A stretch of 61,886 nucleotides of DNA, filler included, from Sphacelaria rigidula (lineage: Eukaryota), in assembly GCA_964200075.2 (NCBI GenBank). It is 10 parts of 10 records of this genome, joined end to end, with 100 filler letters (N's around TTAATTAATTAA, not from the genome) between each part and the next. Parts side by side here need not be neighbours in the genome. Positions count along the whole stretch, not along the records: positions 12,399 to 18,497 come from CAXNAA020022230.1; positions 18,598 to 24,696 come from CAXNAA020022231.1; 8 more parts are not named here. The stretch is one strand, 5' to 3'. The notes below the pieces were generated by a model. That model was not told where the DNA came from. It searched no databases and saw only the letters and a program-made list of their open reading frames with translations. Both the position numbers and the translations under genes were made by a program. Below are positions 12,743 to 24,578 of this stretch, piece by piece. Numbering within the stretch: the first letter of the stretch is position 1; the number at the start of each line of letters is the position of its first letter.

Positions 12743-15539
12743 TGTCATGAAGTGAGGAGGCGTTTATGATCAAATCTGGGATTCTATAGTTTGCGGGATT
12801 GATCAAGCTTGACTAGGCCGGATGTGAGACTGATAAAAGGTAAAGGCATGGGTCCTTGAGCCTTCCCGCCGTACTCGCTAAGGTGGAGCTGACTGCTAAG
12901 CAATTGCTATCGTGCGCGACTTGCTGAAAACGCTCACCGAAAAACCGGTCCTTTGTTTCACCGACTGGGATGCCGTACAAGACGGTTCTCGCCTCTTTCA
13001 ACTAAATACAGACACGAGCACCGACGGGTTCGGCGCGGTTCTGAATCAGCCTCAACTCGATGGCTCTATTCGACCCATCCTCTATATCAGTCACGCCACC
13101 CTGCTAAACGAGGCCAACTGGAGTCCACTGGAGCTGGAAGGCGGAGTCATCACTTGGGCCATAAAGCGCCTTTGACAATGCTTGTTCCATGTGCCTTTCC
13201 AAATCTACACATATCACGGAGCACTTGAACAACTTGCCAAAGTATGGGAACATGACCCGCGTGCGCAACGCTGGTTGGAGTTCCTCGCAGCTTATCAGTA
13301 TACTGTCAAGCACCGCCCTGGCAAAACAAACGGGATTGCTGACCTTCTCTCCCGCTTGCCCCTCCCTTCAACGGCTGTCGATTTCAGCCCCGCTTACCGA
13401 CTAACTGAACCCGATGAACCCGGCGTGTACCCTATCCGGCGTTTCTCAACGCCCATTTACGCCCTTGACCTTCATTGCCCAGAGACGGGTATGCACATGG
13501 GCGGCCCTCGCCCCCTACCGTATGATGCAGTCTTGGATGAGCTAAAACCCACCGACGCCGATTTCGCCGATTTCCGCACTATCGGTCCTCGCGCAAAAAT
13601 TGCAGTTTCGCCACCTCCAGTTGTCCATCTCATTTCCGACAATACGCGCTCGCGGTCTGCCGCCCGCGCTAACCCTTCCCGCGCCCCGCCGCCACCGACA
13701 ACACCTACTGCTCCTGCGAGTAGCGTAGCGCCAGCTCCCCGCAACACCACACCACGGGCCTTGACAACCCCCGCCACGCGCATTTTCATAACAAGCGCCG
13801 AGCGCAATCTCCGACCCGCACTACTGCGACATCACCGCCCGCCGCGGTCCCGTCCGTGCCCGCCCCTTCTGATGCTCCCGATGTACTCATCGACGTTGGC
13901 ACCTCCCTCTCGTCACCTGTTCCACCGCTTCCTGAGCCGCCAGTTCTGTTCGGCTCTCCGGCGGAAGGCCAACTGCGTGAATTTCTCGCCAGCTACTTCC
14001 ATCATGATTGGGCTCGTGAACAACAAGCAGAGCCATTATGCCGCGCTACCATGCGGTACGTCCGTGCTGGCTGCCCTGCCCCTATCCCGGCCAATGTATT
14101 GGCCCCGGTTGGCACACTGCCACTGCCAAACGCCGCTGAAGTGTGCGAACTCGCACGTAAAGGTACTATCTTCACAACTGATGACGGAATCGAACTGCTT
14201 GTCCGCCGCCCTACGCCTCAGCGGGGTGTACCTTGATGACCCCGGACCCGTGCAGCTCAAGCTCCGCCCAGAGCCCTTTACCGCCCAGTCCATCCGCACC
14301 ACGAGGGTCTTGGTGTCTTCAGCGACTCAAATCCGAAGGCCTCCGCCGCGGAATCCAACATAATATCGATCGCACACATGACGTTAACGCACCGCTTTAA
14401 GCTCCCACAGACCTTCTGCTTTCCGATCCACGACATTTTTCCTTTGTCTTTTATTTTCTTCCCCTGTCGTTTAGATATTTCCCCCTGCTTCCATCATCCA
14501 GGACACACCAGTGCCACCCACCGACTTCTTCAACAGCCTATAACCGGAGCTCCTTCGGCGCACAACCACGGGCAACGAATGGAACTTGCTTGGAGCACCT
14601 TCATCCTCGACTACTACTGGAGCTTTTCGTATTCTCGCTTTTGGCTTTTTTTATGACTGGCACTGGACCCCTTGCAGTCGTGGAGTTGCTTATTCCCTTG
14701 CTTCCTCAGCCATCATGCGCTCGCCGCATGTGATTGACTTTTCGGCGGCTGACTTTGGTACTACCCACGTAGACGTTGTGCCCCTGGTGTTTTTTCCCTT
14801 TTGCCTCTTTATTTTGGCTAGCACGTCGAAGCATTTTGTGTTCGTCTGTTTAGTTCGCTAGCCCGCAGCAGCATTGTGTGCTCCTGCGTCTTCAAGCGCA
14901 CTTGCGCTTTTCGGTAGTCGATTTCGCTTACCTTGTTTGAGGTGTGGGGGGATCGGGCAACGGAGTGGATGTTGCCCTCGTCGTCTGGGGTGTACCTTCT
15001 TTTTTTAGCCACTACAGCCGAGTGCTTTTATACTATTGAGTTCGCCCTCCTTGTTGCTCATGACTTGACGTGGACAAAAACCTCGATTTTCGTTGCTTTT
15101 CGAGATCTCTCATCGCAACTGTAATAGAGGTTCGTCTGGATGGGCGAGTGTCATGACGCTAGGAGGCGTTTCTGATCAAATCTGGGATTCCACAGTCGCG
15201 GGTTTGATCAAGCTTGACTAGGCCGGATGTGAGACTGATAACAGGTACAGGCATGGGTCCTTGAGCCCTCCCGCCGTACTCGCTAAGGTGGAGCTGACTG
15301 CTAAGCGATTGCTATAGCCGGAGAGCAGCTGAGAGAGCATTGAACGGAGCGATAACAAAGACGAGTGAACAAGAGTCTTTTGTATCAAGTGGGTAAAGCT
15401 TACTGCCTGAAGCTATTGTGGTGTTGACTGATTTGCACACGTTCGTAACCCGAACCCTGAGAGGACTGAACTGCCAGGGTGGCCTTGAAAGTATCTGCCC
15501 TGGCCGGCTTGCACGCAAGAGGGGGCATCCTGCCTAACA
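12743..15539 (+). mobile_element. Internally deleted Ty3/Gypsy LTR retrotransposon
   Basis: Partial 5' LTR 12743-12910 matches 15149-15315 of a TGTCA...TAACA 3' LTR (15149-~15539), which follows a purine-rich ggatgggcgag. Pol RNase H remnant lies between. No matching TSD found. Confidence 0.88.
12912..13362 (+). pseudogene. Ty3/Gypsy Pol RNase H domain with an in-frame stop
   Basis: FQLNTDTSTDGFGAVLNQ..RPILYIS..EANWSPLELE..WAIKRL*..FQIYTYH..QRWLEFL..VKHRPGKTNGIADLLSRLP matches the Gypsy RNase H pattern. Confidence 0.9.
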
Positions 15540-15801
15540 CTATAACATACAACTATTCGGGGTTCCCCGGTCGACCAATATAAATGGCGCGGGCCTCAGG
15601 CGCACACGGAGACCGGTAAGGCACAGCATTCCTCTTCGCCCATATCGATGCCTGCCATGCTAATTAATACTGCTGTGTGATTCCTTCTTTCACTCACTTT
15701 ATTCCACTTTTTCCCTGTTCCTTTGATTGTTTTAGGTCGGCCATCTTTTTCTGTGCTCTCTGCTTTTGTTGATTTTGTTTTTCACATCTTAATCTGCTAT
15801 G

Positions 15802-16385
15802 AACAGCATTTTCGTGAGATTGAGAGTAGAGCGCTGATTGAGAGTGGCTTCGGCCGTTCACTCCGACGTAGCCAATACTTCATTCCGTGTGTGCTTTTCA
15901 ATGCCTGTATCACTAGGAACAGTGTTTTCGTGAGATCGGAAGTAGAGGATACGATTGAGAGTGAAAAGCGGTCAATAAGTGAATGAATCGTTCCAGTTCC
16001 GAAATGCTCCCGAACGACGCCCGATATTCTTTCTGTAGTATAAAATATCTTGCCACTGAGGCCCTCGATATACCTGAGTAGGATATCGACTTGTAGCTGT
16101 AAGCACATGCTAGTGACGGAGGCGAAGAGAACTACGCACAGAATGTAAATTGGCTAAGTTAAAGCGAATGATCAAAGCCACTCTCAATCAGCGCCCTACT
16201 CTCGATCTCACGAATACGTTGTTTGGGGTGTACTTGCAGCTACACGTCGATATTCTACTGAGGGGTATCAAGGGCCCCACTGGCAAGCTACTACAGAAAG
16301 CACATCGGACCTCGTGGACGGGCATTTCGGAACTGACACGGTTCGTTCACTACTTGATCGCTTTTCACTTTCATTCGTGTCCTCG
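15802..16385. mobile_element. Family B MITE containing a second, inverted family B copy (~15918-16223)
   Basis: TIR AACA(A/G)TGTTTTCGTGAGAT. The outer copy resumes after the insert and is collinear with the intact copy at 52201-52508. Confidence 0.75.
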
Positions 16386-16602
16386 TCTGTTTGACTTTCC
16401 CCCGCTCATTCGTTCTCTTTAACGAGTGTTTCAGTTTTGCTTTTCTTGGTGGGTATAGGTCTACCATGGAACCACGACTGGACCCATGGATGGTCAGTTG
16501 AAGTGCGACAATCGATAAAAAAAATCAAAAGATCACGCGTACCTGTTAATGATGATACTGGTAGTAGTTACTACTCTACAAAAGGTTGGGTTGTCTTTTT
16601 TA

Positions 16603-17428
16603 CTTCCTCTGACACAGAAGTTAGCTCTGTTATGGTCTGCAGATAATATTTTTTGAGCGAAAGAGCGTGCGATGCTATACTTAGGTTCATTGCAAAGCTA
16701 CAGTCACAGAGATGCTCATGAAAAAAACGAGAAAAAAATCGAGTTGTTCTTGTTGAGAATATGTGGGGTCAAAATACCCTACTATTTTGGTCGATATGTT
16801 GGGAATTGTCTTATTATTAGAATGGGTTTGAGAATGGTTTTTGAGACGTTATTTCAAGAAACCTTGAGGAAAAGCCCGTTTACCCCCCCCTTCGTGGCAC
16901 AACCACGATAGAGACCGTAAGCACCCCTCCGCGTCGCCAGCGGTGCGTTGAGGTGTCGCTGGGTCGCCGCTACGCCCTGGCGATGGAAGTAGCGCTGGCC
17001 ATTCGGCCAGGCAAAGCAAGGCTGCCCAAGGGCTTTGCAGGCCACTCCCTCGCCCAGCGCTACGGTGTTGGCCCTGAATATCCCGCACAGCTATGGAAAA
17101 GCTGCAAAGCACAGATTGAAGGCACGCAGGAGCTCGATCTCTCGAAAAAATCTCGTAACGGGCGGCCGTCGCTGCTTACTCCAACGAAGAAGGCGGCACT
17201 GCGGGCAGTAATTTGGTGTATTTTTGCTCCGGGAAAAGGGGCGAAATATGGCCTTTTTTGGACCGGATTATTTGTTTTGGGCCGCTTGGCCATATAGGAG
17301 GCTCCGCAAAAAAAAGCGATTTCAACTCGAAACATGACAACGATTAAAAAAATATCATCGCCAAAGGCATTGGGCACGGTTAAGGACCCGTGTTAACGTA
17401 ATCGAGCTAGCTTATGTGTCAGAGGAAG
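16603..17428 (+). mobile_element. Internally deleted plant-type (DD39D/Stowaway-related) Tc1/mariner element
   Basis: 25-bp TIRs CTTCCTCTGACACAGAAGTTAGCTC (2 mismatches), TA on both flanks. Internal remnant 16953-17210 (GKARLPKG..LAQRYGV..QLWK..LDLSKKSRNGRPS) resembles the N-terminal HTH of plant mariner transposases; catalytic domain absent. Confidence 0.82.
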
Positions 17429-17503
17429 TATAGTTGTTAGGATGTACCTTGGGAATATGCCTTGTGAGAATCGAAACATTCTCGAACTAAAGGTGCAAAT
17501 ATA

Positions 17504-17727
17504 CTCTCCGGCCATGATGTGTGACCTCGCTCATCGTCAAAAAAATAAGAACCCATCCGCAGTTTGTAACATCCCGTGTTTCTACTTAACAATTACCAAC
17601 CTCCATTTATTCCCGTAATAAAAGCTGTTTCCATTTGTCGGAATCCCCTGTAAACACGGAAGTTTTACAATATGTGGGTGGATGTGTTCTCTAGGATCGA
17701 GCAAGGCCACACATAACGGCCGGATAG
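17504..17727. mobile_element. Small MITE with ~30-bp imperfect TIRs
   Basis: ctctccggccatgatgtgtgacctcgctc versus inverted gagcaaggccacacataacggccggatag. Confidence 0.6.
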
Positions 17728-17739
17728 TGGGTTTGAGTC

Positions 17740-17881
17740 ATCCTACGATAGAGGGGGGGGTATTTGGTTGCACGAAAAACGAGGCTCATAAGTGTGTCAG
17801 ACATCCNNNNNNNNNNACGATCTGACTCGAAATTTCGAGCAAGAAATGGCCCAAAATCCCCCCCCCCCCTATCGTAGGATG
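17740..17881. mobile_element. Small MITE (family C); related copy at ~49591-49850
   Basis: catcctacgatag(g)n..tttgg and inverted ccaaaat(c)ntatcgtaggatg; contains a 10-N gap. Confidence 0.6.
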
Positions 17882-18597
17882 CCTCGTTTGCATTTTATTT
17901 TCGATAATATTTCGATGCGAACCACGGCTGGATCCCCGGGGGATCACTTAAAGTGCGACAATCAATCCAATCGAAGTATCAAGGTCCCCAAGCTTCATCC
18001 TGAGAAAGAACTCCGCCCTCAACTAGCAAAATCCTGTGTTCGGTGCGTCATCGAGACGTGTGTTCTCCCTCCGATCAGAGAAATATCGACGACGACAAAC
18101 GGTACTCATCAACACGACGTAAAGCACGAACTATAGGCAAATAAATGGGCATATAGTAAACATAGTAGAGCTCGGAAATAGTTTGGAGCAATGCTACGGT
18201 AGGGGTGCACTTTCTTCGCGAAACATTGTCTAGTTCAGCGGCTCCTAACGATCCTAGACGCACAAGAATATGGGTCATGGCATCCCCGTTTGCAGGTTCA
18301 TTCGGGATGCCCCCAGCACGTTGGAATAGTAATCCTGGCTTACTCTCGCATATTTTCATAAGTCGTGTTCTGGATGAGATAAAGGGCACCTCACAATTAA
18401 CAGCCGATCCTAATTTGTGGGGTTGAAACATAAAATGAGGTTGAAGTCCCATTTCTCCACTGCAGGGGAGATACAAAAGAGTAACACAGAGCGAAAGNNN
18501 NNNNNNNNNNNNNNNNNNNNNNNNNNNNNNNNNNNNNNNNNTTAATTAATTAANNNNNNNNNNNNNNNNNNNNNNNNNNNNNNNNNNNNNNNNNNNN

Positions 18598-18668
18598 GGG
18601 AATCGAACCCCCCAACTCAACCATCAGAAGGCTACGAGGTTACCAACTGAGCCACCGGGGCGACCGAC
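18598..18668 (-). mobile_element. tRNA-derived SINE head, cut by the contig edge
   Basis: Reverse strand has A box tggctcagttgg and B box ggttcgattccc; same head as 39349. Confidence 0.75.
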
Positions 18669-21361
18669 TAGTACCCTGGATATATTCCAGTATATACCCC
18701 GTACTCGTTACTTCGAACCCATACCCGGAACTTTTATACGTGGTTCTGCAAAACGTTTTTGCCTTGGCCCGGATCTTCTTGAGTTCTGTACGACTTCACT
18801 ACTCTAACTTGGAATATACAAACGCTCGGAACAAGACAGCCTTGCGAAAGTGCTGATTGTTTGTGTAACTTCCTCGCGGCGTCCTCGCGATCATGCCTAG
18901 ATCACTACAGCACTTGTCTTGGACACCACGAGCTGTATCCTGACGTTTATTGCCTCATTGAGGTCGTACGTTTCTGTTGATAATAGCTCGGGTCATTGTT
19001 TTTCCTTCGAACTATCACTTACTTCGTTTGTTCTCGGAGATCTGGGGAAGAGCTCACTGACAGATAGTGAGAGAGCGGCACCTCGCATCCAGTAGCCAAG
19101 GTTCTTCCCATGCTGAGTGGCCGGAGCTCAAACAAATGCCATCTCGGACAACCGTGACCCATAGTGGTGGGAATCCACTGACCAGCCGTGAAGCCTCCAC
19201 ATGCCATTCCCCCACGAATCGTGCATGTATGTCGTTCACCATTCAACATCGTGGTGATGTGGCGAGGAGCATTTCAACGCAAAACTACAGTGAGAAACAA
19301 CTTCATCGCAGCAGAGACGAATGTTGTCCGCTCGTCCGTGTTGTACCTTGTGCTACTCTTGAGTACCTGATTCTACAACGACGTGAAGAGCTGAGATAAG
19401 AGTGAGGAACAATCTGCTCCTCATCGTACAGTTCCGTCTCTCTCATGGCTGTAGAGAGGTTACCATTACGACGCCCACGTTTCTTGCGAAAAAGTTGTGT
19501 CCGTCGTTGCCTCGAGCCCGCCAAGAAACAATCGATATCCTGCGGCAAATGCCCATGGTTGTTTACTCCCTTCCTTGGTCTGCCTAATGAAGTCATCCGT
19601 TGCGTTCGGGTGTTGTATTAAAGGTGTTACGTAGCACAAACCGAGAAATCCAGAGGTAGGGCAGTCCGAACAGAAAGAGTGGTATCGGCGAAGCTTTCCC
19701 ATTGATGTATTCTCCTTGTGGAGTATACTTGCAGTGCGTTCCTGGTTGGATGCGAACCTTGAGCCCGCCATACTGATTTGCACTTACCAAGGAACATGTA
19801 AAACCTAGGAATCATCATTTTGAGTACCGAGAAAAATCAAAGATGCGAACCCTGGCCACCTCCACCCATACTCTCGTACTTGAGAGTCGCTGGATCATCG
19901 AACCAAACCCACAATGTTCAGTCGACTGTTTGCATGTCAGATTTTGTGCAAAGCGACAATTCAATTGCAACTTTCTATTGTACTCATATATTTTTTTATC
20001 CTCCAAGGGGTTAGGGGGAAATCATCTTTCAAGGCAGCTTCACTTTCGGTCTTGTCGCAGTTTCCGTTCCGTGGACAACTCATATTCTGTAGAGAATCGT
20101 AGCAATCGCAGCAGGGCTTCATATCATTAGAACACAGCGGAGGAATGATAGGTAGATATCACAGAATGGAACGGTGGTGTTCAGTCGTGAATGCTTGTCG
20201 GTGTGTGATCTCTGCCAGAAGATTGAATGTGGGATCGTGAACCAAAGAGGGGGGACAGCAGGAAAACACCAGGAAAACGCCTCAACACGCCCTCCTACTC
20301 TTGTATACCATGACATTGATTTCTCCGAGGAGGTGCCTGTTGACTTTGACGGTGGTGTCTTGTGTTTTGAACAAAGGTGCGATAACCACTGAGCTATCAG
20401 TCAGCGCAGGCTGTAAGCTCAGTGGATGCGTGTGCTTCCAGCATCTTGTTCCGAACGCGATTTATGAATGACGGGGTAAAGTTATCTCAAGCTATCGCGA
20501 TCTTAATGATATCAACGACGCGGAGATATTGGGAGATGGGAGCCTCTGTGGGTGTAAGTCATTATTTTTTACGTTTCTGTGTTTGAAACCAAAGCACATT
20601 CCATTCGAGGAGGTTTCAACGCGTTCCACCGTTATATCTGGGAATCACACAGGAATGCAGCCAACGTTCAACCCCTACCAAGTATGGACACTGGCATGTG
20701 TGATGCACTCGACAATCCCGAACCGTACGAGAATATCAACGAAGCCAAACTTCTTCTGTACCTGAGCCCCAGCGCTGCGCGATGAGTATTTTGTTTTAAG
20801 GACGGCCCGATGATTTGTAGTCACGACGACAGGAAGATAAGGCAACGGCACGGCTACCTGCATCACGATGCTTGCTCCACGCGAAGAGAGGGGGGCCTCA
20901 ATTGCAGGAAGCGCAGCCCCAGATGCATGTCGACCACAACACGCTGCACCACGCCACATTCGGCACTAAGATGAAAGAACTTTCGTGGTACAAATTGTTG
21001 CATGTAGTAAGTCTAAGGAAAGAGGTATATGAAAGAGTGACAACAGAGGAAGGGACAACAAGAGTATTGCCTCGCCCAGCTTTCGGAGAGTTCAGCATCA
21101 CTGTAGCTACCATATCTACCGTGCGCAAACATCTGCGACCGTGGTTTTGATGTCAATGTTGTTCTGGCATTCATCCCAAAGTCAGCTCATGGGGACATCA
21201 TTGATTAGCAGAATATAGCATCGAGAGGTAGGCATCGTTCGTTGCGGTGAGGTAAACGCTTGGTTCTCCTGAATGTTGTCTGTTATCAAACTTGTGCAGC
21301 TACAATAACCCGCCACTCATCGATATTTGCATGCGATGTGTGGTCGTATTTCTCGCCACAG

Positions 21362-21445
21362 GTGCCATCGCATTAGATGCCAGCGAAGTCACCATCGATG
21401 GATATTCGACTTTCGCCAGCAACACTGCCGAGGAAAAATATGGAG
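21362..21445 (+). CDS. Exon encoding one Pmp/POMP-like beta-helix repeat (GAIALDASEVTIDGYSTFASNTAEEKYGG)
   Basis: cag|GT...GGAG|gtgag; 84 bp, phase 1-1; GGAI and FxxN motifs. Confidence 0.8.
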
Positions 21446-22474
21446 GTGAGACACAACGCACGCCGAGGCTCAATTCACCAGTCAGCACTCCCGGAGTGGA
21501 TTACAAAGTAAGCCACCGTCGAGCTGTTACATTTCGGGTTGCTGTGGAACACTCGTGAATGTATTGGAGATCTGACATGAACAGGCACCCCAGTCAAGCA
21601 CACGAAAGCGACAAGAGGAGGAACTGAACGGCAACATGCCCGCCCTACTCCCCTGAATACGCTCATGATCTCGGAAACTCCAGGAAAAAACAGTGTATCA
21701 TTATAAGCACCTTGATCGATGTTTGTATGTGATATTGTTCGGATTAGAACAGGGATATATATCGTGACATGTTGGTGCTCGACGATTAGTGCGAAAGCTG
21801 TGCAGTACACGGATGGGGTTACCATCCCTCCGTAGTGCTGCTCCGTGTAGCTTTTAATCTTCGAGTAAAGCCACTGAATGGCTATATACGGCGACGTTTA
21901 CAATATTTTGGTGTTGACGATTTGACACGTTTTTTTCGCATGCCACCGTCTGTCACAGAGAACGGTTCACGCGTTGGACAGCTCATGAGGTACCCAAAAT
22001 ATCTAATCGAGAAGGACCCGCAGATCCCTGGTCCAAAGGCGAAAAAACACGTGACTGCAGGGTCTGAGAAGCCCAAGCGCTACCTTTGCGCGACTCCACG
22101 TGCTCGGCGTTCATCGCTGTAGTGAGAAATATTTTGAAAGGCGAGCCAAATGAGCTAGGTCATGATCCGAATTAGTCCACTAATGACGAGTGATATTCAG
22201 GTAGCAAATGAGCTGTCCGACGTGTGGAACGTTTGACCGCAAGGCCTTAGAGATCGTGGGATACTAACATCTACTTACATTCTGGAAAAAAACATTTCTG
22301 CGATCAATATTGAAGGATTTACGGTTTGATCCGTCCACGGGGATCTTGCGACGACAAATCCCGAGGTTCTGACTTCTTGATATTCCTCAACTCAACCAAT
22401 CCTGATCGTCCTCGTGAACAAATGCACAAAACCTTTTTTAATAATGATTTACCCATTTCATGCGCTAGAGCAAA

Positions 22475-22479
<5 letters not shown>

Positions 22480-22513
<34 letters not shown>
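22480..22513. repeat. (TG)n microsatellite
   Basis: Pure dinucleotide run. Confidence 0.95.
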
Positions 22514-22515
<2 letters not shown>

Positions 22516-24497
22516 CACCAGTACCGGTCAAGAAACCCTCCTGATAAAGAAATCTTGATTCCGTATCACCCCGACAACACCGACCTGGAAACTGTCCGAA
22601 GTGTACCCGTTTATTTTCTCGATATCTACTGATTCTAGCTTTTTCGAGTGCATATGGAAATTAGTGTCAGAGAAATGCACAGAACAATACCCGACTACGA
22701 AAATAAACAAGAGTGTGTCATTTCCCGTTTCTGGTTCATTTTTTCCTTTTTTTTGTTTTAACGTAATTGACAGGTAGAAATCCCAAAAATTGATGTGCGA
22801 TACTGAGAACACCCCGACAATCCATAGTCGCGACAGGGAAAGAAGGGACAAGCAGACCTCCGCATATCTCGGCACTTGTTTCACGCGAAGGTAGCGGAAT
22901 CTACTAAATGTAGCCAACACAACCCCAAATACGTCTTTGGACGACGTACCACTGTACACCGCGTCGTAAACGACACTAAATTGATAGCGCTTTGGTGCCC
23001 CAATTTGAGCGAAGGTCAGAAGAGGGAGACTTCCAGAGTACCACTAGTAAATGGGGCGACACCGTTGTCTGCAAACAAACTTTTTGCGGAGCTCCGAACA
23101 ACCACTGTCGGACATGCCGTCTCGTGGCCTTTTGAAATTATCGTAGGTATGCACGTCATCGCACGGATCGATGTCATCGAATAGGTGCGCGCAAAACAAG
23201 GAAGACTGAATCGAAATTCACACGGGAAGCTGTGTCATCGCAAAGTGGCATGAAAACCCCCACTCCTCCAGGCACGAGGTTACTAGCTACCGCGAGTGAC
23301 TCCGCTAACGCTAACCTGAGTGAGCTACAAGAAAAAATAAACAGATTATCTTGGTCCTGCTGTTTGATCGTGACATGTATCGTCGGGACTGGAGTGATCA
23401 CGAGTGGCCTGCCATGATTTGAATCGCGCGGATGTGTTACGTACGTGTGCCTCGCTCTAAGAGCACCCCCCCCCCCCCCACCCCCCGTATATTAATAAAA
23501 TGGTGTGCGAAAATGCAGGCGAAGCCTGTACACAATCGTAGTCGTTGAGCCGTTGTGATTGTATACAGCATCGCACGGATCGTCGACTAGGAGTTCCAAA
23601 CGATGTAATTCAATTTACACATGAGGATCGGCGTCATAAAGCGTTGGTGTGCAAAAGGAGTGATGAACCATATCATTCCAGACACGATCGTACAGGGGTG
23701 CGATGATGCGTGGTGTAGTGCTGTCTCGAGAGACAGGCTCCGCTGTCGACTGGCAGGCCTCTTATGTCTCAATGGACAGGGGTTCGCGGAGAGGATGCAC
23801 AGTAGCGGTCGAGGTCACTCGGGTCCCGCAGTAGAAGACGGGTCGATGGTATTCACGAGCGCTTATTTGGCCCAGCCAACATGAAACACATAGTCTCTTC
23901 TTAGAGCAGAGAACTGATGGTGGGTTGGAAGGGTGTCAGCGGGAGGGGATATTGAAATCATCAAACCCAAGCTGCCACGTTTCTTGAACAAAGCAATTTG
24001 CACGTACGTCAAAACAGATTGTATCTTTTAGTGTTTCCTCCCGCTGACAAGCTAGTGTTGTCAGGTCTTATAAATGATTGTCGTACAATTGAATTATCCC
24101 ACTGAATTCTCTACAACAAGCCAAGGACGGCACGTTGTCTACTTGAATACGCCGAATCGTACTTTATCTAAAAACACGGAAGATTGGAACGATTATATCG
24201 AACCATGACAAGCTACACAGTCATATGCTATAATCGACATTCACATACCAAACTATAGACAATTTTTCATCTCACATGGCAATATTCCAACACCCAACGT
24301 ATCTCCAGTGACGGAAAAAATGCAGGCATTGTTTTCCGTCGATGTTCCATCCCCAAGACAGTACAGGTGGTTAAATACGAGCACGAGAAGCAAGGGATAT
24401 CACGAGGTACATTCCAACCGGCTTGCGTTGCAGATGCATAACATTACGTCACCCAGGCACACTTCAATCCCGTGTGTGACCGGGTTGCCTGCCTCAG

Positions 24498-24578
24498 GTG
24501 CCATCTATTCAACGGACGGTAACGTTATCATCAACGGCGATACGACTTTCGAGAGCAACACAGCAGGAGATCATGGAG
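24498..24578 (+). CDS. Second exon encoding one Pmp/POMP-like repeat (GAIYSTDGNVIINGDTTFESNTAGDHGG)
   Basis: cag|GT...GGAG|gtgag; 81 bp, phase 1-1; same motifs and same contig as 21362-21445. Confidence 0.8.

Noticed and set aside
13182..14363. 393-aa ORF as an intact gene
   Set aside because: Only the first part is Gypsy RNase H and linker; it follows an in-frame stop and then drifts out of the pol frame.
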